Positions 18,791-26,532 of a stretch of 50,188 bases of DNA are shown here, piece by piece (positions within the stretch are counted from its first letter, which is position 1; each line of letters begins with the position of its first letter). The stretch covers positions 16,572 through 66,759 of the forward strand of contig CAZSMA010000001.1 of NCBI GenBank assembly GCA_964608065.1. Direction: 5' to 3'. The notes below the pieces were generated by a model. It did no database searches, was not told the origin of the DNA, and saw nothing but the letters and a program-made list of their open reading frames with translations. Source of the DNA: an uncultured Methanosarcinales archaeon. Lineage in GTDB: Archaea > Nanobdellota > Nanobdellia > Woesearchaeales > CAYXTQ01. Position numbers and translations under genes: made by a program.

Positions 18791-21700
18791 TTAATTATAC
18801 TCATCCCAGCTCTTTATTTCAATCTTATCCTTTCTGTCTATTGCTGCTATAAAAGCCTGTGCTAACCTCATATTTGTTAAAAGAGGAACATTAAAATCAA
18901 CTGTAGCCCTTCTGATTAAATAATCATTAGTAAGTTCCTCTTTTTCATAATTTTTTGGTATATTTATTACTAAATCAATTTTCCCCTGCTTGATATAATC
19001 TATTGTATTTGGCTTCTTATTGTCCATTGGCCAATGTAAAATCTCTACATTAACTCCATTCTGTTCAAGAAATCTTGCAGTACCTCCTGTTGCATACAGC
19101 TTAAATCCCATCTTCTCAAGTAATTTTATACTGTCAAGAAGCTCTGCTTTTGTTTCAACAGGTCCTGTTGACAAAAGCACATTTTTTCTTGGAATCTTAA
19201 ACCCTACTGACAGCAAAGATTTCAATAATGCCTCGTGAAAATTATCTCCTATACATGCTACTTCTCCTGTAGAAGCCATCTCAACACCTAAAACAGGATC
19301 TGCACCATGCAGCCTTGTAAATGAAAACTGAGGAGCTTTCACACCAACATAATCTAATTCAAATAAAGATTTCTCCAGCTTCGGAATCTTTTTTCCTAAC
19401 ATGACTTTTGTTGCAATATCTATAAAGTTCACTTTCAAAACTTTTGAAACAAATGGAAAACTTCTTGAAGCTCTTAGATTGCATTCTATAACTTTTATAT
19501 CATTCTCCTTAGCTAAAAACTGGATATTAAATGGACCTTGTATCTTCAGATTGCTTGCAATCTTCTTAGTAATCCTTTTTATCCTCCTCACAGTCTCTAA
19601 ATAAGTTTTCTGCGGTGGAAAAACCATTGTAGCATCTCCACTATGAACTCCTGCAAACTCAACATGCTCTGTTATTGCATAACACACTAACTCTCCTTCC
19701 TGTGCAACAGCATCAATCTCAATCTCTTTAGCTCCTTCAATAAACTTGCTTACAACAACAGGATGCTCTTTAGAAACATCTGAAGCCATCTTAAGGAAAT
19801 GGTTAAGCTGATCTCTGTCTGTAACAATATTCATTGCAGCTCCGCTCAGAACATATGAAGGTCTTACAAGAACAGGATATCCAACTTTTTCAGCAAATCT
19901 ATCAACATCATCCAGATTAGTCAGTTCTTTCCATTCAGGCTGGTCAATCTTAAGTTTGTCAAGCAGTTCTGAAAACTTGTGCCTGTTCTCTGCATTATCA
20001 ATCGACAAAGCTGAAGTCCCAAGTATCTTTACTTTTTGTTTATTTAATTTCATAGCCAAATTGTTTGGAATCTGACCTCCTGTTGATATTATAACGCCTT
20101 CAGGACTTTCAAGATCATATATATCAAGAACCCTTTCAAATGTCAGCTCATCAAAATATAATTTATCGCAAGTATCATAATCAGTACTTACAGTCTCTGG
20201 ATTAAAATTTATCATTATAGTCTTATAGCCTTCTTTAGCTAAAGAAAAAACAGCATTAACACAGCACCAGTCAAACTCAACACTGCTTCCAATCCTGTAA
20301 GCTCCAGAACCAAGCACAATTACGCTTTTACCGTCTGAAAACTTAATATCATGCTCTATAGCATTATAAGTCAGATAAAGATAATTTGTTTTAGCAGGCC
20401 ACTCAGCAGCTAAAGTATCTATCTGTTTTACATAAGGTAATATTCTTTTTTGTTTTCTATAGCTTCTAACTTCTAAAGCACGATTAACATCTTTGAAAAC
20501 AAACCTTGCAATCTGAAAATCAGTAAATCCTTTTTTCTTAGATTCCAACAATAAATCATCAGGCAAGCTCTTCAAAGAATCGTGCGTTTCAATTTTTTGT
20601 TTTACATCAACAATATTTTTCAGTTTGTATAAAAACCATTTATCAATCTTTGTATAATTGTGTATTTTATCAACAGAATATCCTTTTATCAAAGCAGCTG
20701 CTATCGCAAATATCCTTCTGTCTGTAGGGCCCTTTAACTCTTTATCTATATCATCAAAACCAATATCTCTATTGCCAACAAAACCATGCATTCCCTGCCC
20801 TATCATACGAAGTCCTTTTTGTATGACTTCTTCAAAATTCCTTCCAATAGCCATTACCTCTCCAACACTTTTCATTCCACTTCCAATTTTCTTTGACACC
20901 TGTTTAAATTTAGTTAAGTCCCATCTTGGAATCTTACATACAATATAATCCAAAGCAGGCTCAAAGCAAGCAGTTGTTATTTTTGTAATAGAATTCTTCA
21001 GTTCATGAAGACTATAACCTAATCCGAGCTTTGCAGCAACAAACGCCAATGGATAACCTGTTGCCTTTGAAGCAAGAGCACTTGATCTGGAAAGCCTTGC
21101 ATTCACTTCTATAACTCTATAATCCTCTGATTCAGGGTCCAAAGCAAACTGTATATTGCATTCTCCAATAATTCCTATATGCCTTATAACCCTTATTGAT
21201 ATTTCTCTTAATTTGTGATATTCATTATTTGTCAATGTTTGTGAAGGTGCAACAACAATACTTTCTCCTGTATGAATTCCCATCGGATCAAAGTTCTCCA
21301 TATTACAGACAGTAATACAATTATCATACTTATCCCTGACAACTTCATACTCAACCTCTTTCCAGCCCTTGATTGACTCTTCAACCAGTATCTGGTTAGT
21401 ATAAGATAATGCTTTGGAAGCTAATTCAACCAACTCTTTTTCATTAGAACAAAACCCACTTCCCTGCCCTCCAAGTGTGTATGCTGCTCTTATTATAATC
21501 GGATAACCTAATTTTTTTGCAGCTTTCTTTGCTTCTTTAATAGATGTTACTGCAACACTCCTAGGAACTTTAACTTCAATTTCAGCAAGCTTCTTACAAA
21601 AAAAATCCCTGTCTTCAGTATCTATTATTGATTGCACAGGTGTTCCAAGAACTTTAACATTATATTTTTCCAATATTTTTTTTTTAAATAATTCTACACC

Positions 21701-21985
21701 ACAGTTCAAAGCAGTTTGCCCTCCAAAACTCAACAATATTCCATCTGGCTTCTCTTTCTTAATAACTTGCTCAACAAAATAAGGAGTTACAGGCAGAAAA
21801 TAAATCTTATCTGCCATTCCTTCTGAAGTTTGTATTGTAGCAATATTTGGATTAACTAATACTGTTTTAATACCTTCTTCTCTTAAAGCTTTCAGTGCCT
21901 GGCTTCCACTATAATCAAACTCACCAGCTTCACCTATCTTCAAAGCTCCTGATCCAAGCACTATAACTTTTTTTACTTTTTCCAT
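18791..21985 (-). CDS. carB: Carbamoyl-phosphate synthase large subunit
   Basis: 1064 aa. Duplicated ATP-grasp halves and an MGS-like C-terminal domain. Confidence 0.97.
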   Translation of the reverse strand: MEKVKKVIVLGSGALKIGEAGEFDYSGSQALKALREEGIKTVLVNPNIATIQTSEGMADKIYFLPVTPYFVEQVIKKEKPDGILLSFGGQTALNCGVELFKKKILEKYNVKVLGTPVQSIIDTEDRDFFCKKLAEIEVKVPRSVAVTSIKEAKKAAKKLGYPIIIRAAYTLGGQGSGFCSNEKELVELASKALSYTNQILVEESIKGWKEVEYEVVRDKYDNCITVCNMENFDPMGIHTGESIVVAPSQTLTNNEYHKLREISIRVIRHIGIIGECNIQFALDPESEDYRVIEVNARLSRSSALASKATGYPLAFVAAKLGLGYSLHELKNSITKITTACFEPALDYIVCKIPRWDLTKFKQVSKKIGSGMKSVGEVMAIGRNFEEVIQKGLRMIGQGMHGFVGNRDIGFDDIDKELKGPTDRRIFAIAAALIKGYSVDKIHNYTKIDKWFLYKLKNIVDVKQKIETHDSLKSLPDDLLLESKKKGFTDFQIARFVFKDVNRALEVRSYRKQKRILPYVKQIDTLAAEWPAKTNYLYLTYNAIEHDIKFSDGKSVIVLGSGAYRIGSSVEFDWCCVNAVFSLAKEGYKTIMINFNPETVSTDYDTCDKLYFDELTFERVLDIYDLESPEGVIISTGGQIPNNLAMKLNKQKVKILGTSALSIDNAENRHKFSELLDKLKIDQPEWKELTNLDDVDRFAEKVGYPVLVRPSYVLSGAAMNIVTDRDQLNHFLKMASDVSKEHPVVVSKFIEGAKEIEIDAVAQEGELVCYAITEHVEFAGVHSGDATMVFPPQKTYLETVRRIKRITKKIASNLKIQGPFNIQFLAKENDIKVIECNLRASRSFPFVSKVLKVNFIDIATKVMLGKKIPKLEKSLFELDYVGVKAPQFSFTRLHGADPVLGVEMASTGEVACIGDNFHEALLKSLLSVGFKIPRKNVLLSTGPVETKAELLDSIKLLEKMGFKLYATGGTARFLEQNGVNVEILHWPMDNKKPNTIDYIKQGKIDLVINIPKNYEKEELTNDYLIRRATVDFNVPLLTNMRLAQAFIAAIDRKDKIEIKSWDEYN

Positions 21986-23061
21986 AGTTTCACCAATTCA
22001 ATAAACTCATCAAACAAAAACTCAGTATCAACAGGTCCTGGTGTTGCTTCTGGATGGAACTGCACACTTCTGAATGGTTTAATCTCATGAATTATGCCTT
22101 CATTAGTGTTATCATTTGCATTAAAAAAATAAGGTTTCCATCCGCGAGGAAGTGTTTCTGTATCAACAGCAAAGCCATGGTTCTGTGATGTAATAAACGC
22201 TCTTTTTGTTCCAACCATGACACAAGGCTGGTTCTGGCTTCTATGGCCGTATTTCAGCTTATAAGTGTCTGCTCCTGCAGCTAAAGCTAATAACTGATTA
22301 CCAAGACAAATTCCAAATATTGGCTTGCCATACTCCATAGCTCTCTTAATCTTAGCTATTGTCTCCTTGCACATCTTAGGATCTCCTGGCCCATTAGATA
22401 TAAACAACCCATCATATTCTTCTTTATTAAAATCATAATTCCATGGAACTCTTATAACAGTCACATCTCTTTTTACAAGGGATTTTATTATATTATATTT
22501 AGCTCCGCAATCAACAAGCACAATTTTATACTGGCCATTACCATATACTACCTTCTCCTTGCAGCTTACTTTCTCAACTAAATTATCCTTATCAGGATCA
22601 TAAAATCCTATATCTTCATCAAAAACAATTTTTCCAAGCATTGTTCCTTTTTCCCTTAATTTTTTAGTAAGTGCTCTTGTATCTATACCATACAAAGCAG
22701 GAATCTTATGTTCTTTTAACCAATCACTTAAGCTTTTTTTAGCATTCCAATGACTATATTCAAAAGAATAATCAGAAACTATTAAACCAGTAATCTGTAC
22801 CTTATCAGACTCAAAATTCTTCAATAATCCCTTTTCTTCCTCATTCCCAGGCACACCATAGTTTCCTATCAAAGGGTATGTTAAAGTTAAAATCTGGCCT
22901 TTATATGATGGGTCTGTCAAGGTCTCAGGATAGCCAACCATTCCTGTATTAAAAACAACTTCACCTGAAACACTTTCTTCATAACCAAAGCTATAGCCAG
23001 AGAAAATAGAACCATCTTCCAGAACTAGTTTTGTTTTTCTTTTTAGGAGTTTATTAGTCAT
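21973..23061 (-). CDS. carA: Carbamoyl-phosphate synthase small (glutaminase) subunit
   Basis: GICLGNQ nucleophile elbow and QFHPE. Overlaps carB by 13 nt. Confidence 0.95.
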   Translation of the reverse strand: MTNKLLKRKTKLVLEDGSIFSGYSFGYEESVSGEVVFNTGMVGYPETLTDPSYKGQILTLTYPLIGNYGVPGNEEEKGLLKNFESDKVQITGLIVSDYSFEYSHWNAKKSLSDWLKEHKIPALYGIDTRALTKKLREKGTMLGKIVFDEDIGFYDPDKDNLVEKVSCKEKVVYGNGQYKIVLVDCGAKYNIIKSLVKRDVTVIRVPWNYDFNKEEYDGLFISNGPGDPKMCKETIAKIKRAMEYGKPIFGICLGNQLLALAAGADTYKLKYGHRSQNQPCVMVGTKRAFITSQNHGFAVDTETLPRGWKPYFFNANDNTNEGIIHEIKPFRSVQFHPEATPGPVDTEFLFDEFIELVKLWKK

Positions 23062-23087
23062 CCTAAAAAAAAAATAAAAGTGAACAC

Positions 23088-23097
23088 TTATATAAAA
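23088..23097 (-). promoter_or_regulatory. TATA box for the carA-pyrF operon (near-leaderless)
   Basis: The minus strand reads TTTTATATAA, ending 26 nt upstream of the carA ATG (23061). Confidence 0.5.
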
Positions 23098-23296
23098 GTA
23101 TTATTGTAATAAAATATACACGTCGAGAAAAAAATGAAATAAGATATCCTATAGAAACCGTTTTTATACCTAATTTGTGATTTTATCATACTATTTAAAC
23201 TTTACTATTCCTACCTAAAAAAGTTACTATTCAAAAATACTACACAAAGTTTTAATACTGAGGTAGTTAATCTTAATTTTGAAAAGGGGTGAATTA

Positions 23297-23809
23297 ATGG
23301 CATTATTTAAAAGAAAAAGGAGAAAATTAGATATTCCTCCACCGCCGCCAACATTAGATATTCCTCCGCCCCCTGAAGACTTTGATTTGCCTGAATTACC
23401 AGACTTACCCCCTTTACCTGAAATTATGCATGAATATGAAACATCAGGAGGTTTTCCTGAAAATATTCCTAAACACCCAGACATAAAACCATTTAAAGAA
23501 GAACATGTTCCAGCAAAACCTATTCTTAAATCTCCAGAATCAAAAAGAGTAGAACCTCCATCCGAACCTGATAAAGAAGAGGAAGCAGAAGTAAAGAAGA
23601 AAGAGATATTCCTAAAAGTTGATCATTATAAAAATGTCCTGCAAAATATTAATATTGTAAAGCAAAAAATAAACCAATCAGAAAAAATAGTTGATAGATT
23701 AAACGAAATAAAGAATAATAAAGACAAAGAGTTTGAGAAATGGAGAACTCTTTTGGAAGATATGGAAAGAAAGTGTATTTATATTGATAAAACATTTTTT
23801 GAAGGGTGA
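23297..23809 (+). CDS. Hypothetical protein: basic N-terminus, poly-proline repeats, C-terminal coiled-coil module
   Basis: MALFKRKRRK LDIPPPPPT LDIPPPPED FDLPELPDLPPLPE. AAGGGGTGA SD before the ATG. The C-terminal ~65 aa are paralogous to the next gene. Confidence 0.7.
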   Translation: MALFKRKRRKLDIPPPPPTLDIPPPPEDFDLPELPDLPPLPEIMHEYETSGGFPENIPKHPDIKPFKEEHVPAKPILKSPESKRVEPPSEPDKEEEAEVKKKEIFLKVDHYKNVLQNINIVKQKINQSEKIVDRLNEIKNNKDKEFEKWRTLLEDMERKCIYIDKTFFEG

Positions 23810-23814
23810 TTTTA

Positions 23815-24054
23815 ATGGAAGATGATAAAAGTGGTATGCCTGTTTTTGTCAAAATCGATGAATACAGGGAAATTTTAGATGTAATGGACCTAGTTAAAAG
23901 TAAATTGGAACAAGCAAGGTCTGCACTAAAAAAAATAGAGGATCTAAAAATCCAAGAAGATAATGAAATACAGGAATGGCATAAAGACATAGAAGATATA
24001 GAACAAAAGATTGCACAAATTGACGGTGAATTATTCGAACCAGAAGGTATGTAA
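23815..24054 (+). CDS. Hypothetical short coiled-coil protein (paralog of the C-terminus of 23297-23809)
   Basis: MPVFVKIDEYREILDVMDLVKSKL... aligns with EIFLKVDHYKNVLQNINIVKQKI... AAGGGTGAT SD. Confidence 0.65.
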   Translation: MEDDKSGMPVFVKIDEYREILDVMDLVKSKLEQARSALKKIEDLKIQEDNEIQEWHKDIEDIEQKIAQIDGELFEPEGM

Positions 24055-24056
24055 AG

Positions 24057-24437
24057 ATGCCCAAGGCTGAAAAAGAAAAAAAATTCTATGTAGGATTAAA
24101 TAATCCTTCAAGTATAAGAAGAAATCTGCTTGAAGCTTCTAAAGATATTATAAAATCCCTGCAGAGATATGAAAAATCTAAGAGTATAAGGAAGGAAAAG
24201 ATTGAAACAATATTTGAAGTAAGAAAAATTATAAGGGACATTAAAAAAAATATTTCTTTATTAAATTCAAAATTACCTGGTTTCCCAAATGAAATTAAAA
24301 GAAAAGTAAGAAAAGAGAAAGTAAAGGTTGATCCTGAACTAAAAAAAGAGATAGAACATGCAAAGTCTTCTGAATTAAAGAAATTAGAAGATGAACTCAA
24401 GAATATTGAAGGTGAGCTAAGTAAGCTAGGCTCTTAA
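24057..24437 (+). CDS. Hypothetical K-rich coiled-coil protein
   Basis: 126-aa ORF starting 2 nt after the previous stop. Same strand-plus-long-helix pattern (KKFYVGLNNPSSIRRNLLEASKDIIKSL). Confidence 0.6.
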   Translation: MPKAEKEKKFYVGLNNPSSIRRNLLEASKDIIKSLQRYEKSKSIRKEKIETIFEVRKIIRDIKKNISLLNSKLPGFPNEIKRKVRKEKVKVDPELKKEIEHAKSSELKKLEDELKNIEGELSKLGS

Positions 24438-24439
24438 TT

Positions 24440-24479
24440 CCAACGAAGTTAGTGCTTAAAATCATTTATGATTTTCAAG
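24440..24479 (+). repeat. Two-hairpin intergenic element, copy C (slightly degenerate)
   Basis: CCAACGAAGTTAGTGCTTAAAATC-atttat-GATTTTCAAG, followed by T16 (24480-24495). Confidence 0.7.
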
Positions 24480-25682
24480 TTTTTTTTTTTTTTTTATTTT
24501 TTTAATTTTAAAATAAAAAATAAAAACCATGTTTATTAATATTAACACTGCTAATACTATTATAAAAGTATTATCCTTTTTCTCCTCATTCTCCTCTTTT
24601 GCTTCAATTTTCTCTATATACCTATCTTCATCAGATACATTCATAATAATTTCTAATTCTGCTGTTGGAGCTGTTCCTGTAAAATGTCCATCTGGAACAT
24701 ACCTTGCAATAATCTTAGTCTTATGAACTCCTAGATCCATCTCTTTTGGAAGTACAATTTCATACTCTATCTCTTCAAACTCCTTGTCTGGTTCAAATTC
24801 AACAAAAGAGTTATGTAATGTTATGCTATTATTCAACACACCTTCCACATACACCACAACATTGAAATCCTTGTTTTCACTATTCAATATTCTGAATGTC
24901 TTTTTAGTATAAAGGCCTGGTTCAAATATTATTGTTTCTGTCTTAGGATCCATATCCAAATCAATGATATCCACTGCAAAATATTCTATGGAATCTAATC
25001 TAACTTCTGTATCTTTCAGTTCAAATCTTAATTTATATGATTCCTGCTCGTGGTTGAGATAACATGACTCCATACAATCTCTGCTAAGATTTACTTTATC
25101 CTTGCCTTCTTCTTTATAATAAATCAAATAGTCTTTAGTGTCTGTAACTAAATATATCTTAGCATAACCTTTTCCAGTAATCTCTCCTGATAACATTACT
25201 GAATTTAATTTTCCAGGTTTTGTTGGAATCCACACATACTCTGAAGAATTATTAAACCCTAAACTCACCTTATCAGTATTTGCAACAACTTCTCCAAAAG
25301 TAACATAACCGGTTGTTTCAGGCTTAAAAAAAATAAAAGAACCTATCATTAAAGCAACAATTAGTACAGGTATCAAATATACAATCTTATTTGGTCCTTT
25401 AGATAATCTATCAATACTTAAATTATATTCTCTAATTTTGTCAGAATAAATTTCTATATAATTATCATATTCTTTTAACCAGCTGTCTAAAGGCCTGTTG
25501 CTTAAACCCTTGTTCAGATAATGATAATACTTATCAAAACTTATTTGATTATTTTCTAATCTTAACTTTAAATCATATACAAAATTAACTAGCTTATTCT
25601 TGTAATTATAGCAAAGCCTTATTCTTCTGTCTACTTTTTCTATCTTCCCCCTTATATTTTTTATTTTGCTTTGCTTATTCAT
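24462..25682 (-). CDS. Hypothetical bitopic membrane protein (cytoplasmic N-domain, beta-rich ectodomain, C-terminal TM anchor with poly-Lys tail)
   Basis: TM segments IVYLIPVLIVALMIGSFIFF and FIIVLAVLILINMVFIFYF. ATGA overlap with the upstream HTH gene. Confidence 0.65.
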   Translation of the reverse strand: MNKQSKIKNIRGKIEKVDRRIRLCYNYKNKLVNFVYDLKLRLENNQISFDKYYHYLNKGLSNRPLDSWLKEYDNYIEIYSDKIREYNLSIDRLSKGPNKIVYLIPVLIVALMIGSFIFFKPETTGYVTFGEVVANTDKVSLGFNNSSEYVWIPTKPGKLNSVMLSGEITGKGYAKIYLVTDTKDYLIYYKEEGKDKVNLSRDCMESCYLNHEQESYKLRFELKDTEVRLDSIEYFAVDIIDLDMDPKTETIIFEPGLYTKKTFRILNSENKDFNVVVYVEGVLNNSITLHNSFVEFEPDKEFEEIEYEIVLPKEMDLGVHKTKIIARYVPDGHFTGTAPTAELEIIMNVSDEDRYIEKIEAKEENEEKKDNTFIIVLAVLILINMVFIFYFKIKKIKKKKKLENHK

Positions 25683-26155
25683 TTTTTTATTGCCCTATTA
25701 TAAACGGTCCAGATTGTCTTGTAATCACGTTTCAACAATTTTGAAATCTGATGATATGATAATTTTAGAAAATCCTTTAAGTGCAGAACAATTGATTCAA
25801 GAACACTTAATTTCCTATTCTGTAAAACGCTAAGTGGAAAGTTTTTCCTTGATTTTAAAATAAATTTCCCAGGATACTTTCTTTTTGCAGAATTATAAGC
25901 CTGCCATATTGTTTTCTGGCTTCTGTTAGTTAGTAAAGCAATAGTCTTCTGGTTTAATCCAAGATTCTCAATACAATATTTTGATATTGTTTCCAGAGAA
26001 CTAAGGTTTTTATTAAATATGTCCAAAGGAATTTTAATATCTTTAACCAAAAAATCCAGAATTTCCTTATAGCTTAGCTTATAATCCTGCCTTAATCCCC
26101 TCAATAAGTTCTTTAATTCTATGCTTCTTTCATCATCTAATATATTTTTATACAT
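25679..26155 (-). CDS. Tandem helix-turn-helix protein (two sigma70-region-4/LuxR-like repeats)
   Basis: Internal duplication: IPLDIFNKNLSSLETISKYCIENLGLNQKTIALLTNRSQKTIWQAYNSAKRKY versus FPLSVLQNRKLSVLESIVLHLKDFLKLSYHQISKLLKRDYKTIWTVYNRAIKK. Confidence 0.65.
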   Translation of the reverse strand: MYKNILDDERSIELKNLLRGLRQDYKLSYKEILDFLVKDIKIPLDIFNKNLSSLETISKYCIENLGLNQKTIALLTNRSQKTIWQAYNSAKRKYPGKFILKSRKNFPLSVLQNRKLSVLESIVLHLKDFLKLSYHQISKLLKRDYKTIWTVYNRAIKK

Positions 26156-26347
26156 TATTTTCTATATATGTAAGAATCATATTATTTAAATATTACTATT
26201 TAATTCTGTCTATGTAAGAATCAATATTTTTATATTTATATTTATCATTAAGTTTAAATAATAAATGAAGAACCCTTCACTTAATGATGAGGTGCGTTAA
26301 AATTTCCATTCGGGAATTCACTGACCTCCTTGTTCGCAAAAGCTCAC

Positions 26348-26485
26348 TGCGGAGGTGCCGGAGCGGCCAAACGGGACAGACTCAAGGCATTTGAGTGCAG
26401 AGTGCTCATATGAGTGCGATGAAGAAATCAATGTAAGTCATCTGTTGGCTTAGTGCCTACGAGGGTTCAAACCCCTTCCTCCGCA
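26348..26485 (+). tRNA. tRNA-Leu (anticodon CAA) with a 54-nt intron at the canonical 37/38 position
   Basis: Acceptor GCGGAGG/CCTCCGC plus discriminator A. 3-bp D stem CCG/CGG with a GG-containing loop. Anticodon stem ACAGA/TCTGT, loop CUCAAG|intron|A. Long variable arm GGC-ttagt-GCC. T arm GAGGG-TTCAAAC-CCCTT. Intron is 26386-26439. No encoded CCA. Confidence 0.85.
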
Positions 26486-26495
26486 TTTTTATTTT
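26486..26495 (+). terminator. Oligo-T terminator after the tRNA
   Basis: TTTTTATTTT immediately follows the discriminator base. Confidence 0.5.
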
Positions 26496-26532
26496 CACAA
26501 ACTATTTAAACAAACTCTTTCTCTTTTAGTAT

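Noticed and set aside
23062-23296. Possible replication origin at the major strand switch (minus-strand block to plus-strand block), with ACTATT/TTACTATTC direct repeats at 23190, 23202 and 23224
   Set aside because: There are no ORB-like long dyad repeats and no adjacent orc1/cdc6. The region is adequately explained as a divergent promoter. Short AT-rich repeats are expected by chance, and GC-skew cannot be evaluated by eye.
24480-24495. Homopolymer and short tandem runs (T16 here, A16/A17 in the r-protein operon, (TTTA)4 at 30753) as possible CRISPR or satellite arrays
   Set aside because: There is no repeat-spacer periodicity and no cas genes. These are simple homopolymers or microsatellites.
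26386-26439. C/D-box guide RNA inside the tRNA-Leu intron
   Set aside because: Only a partial GATGAAG word is present, with no CTGA D box and no second box pair. The evidence is insufficient.
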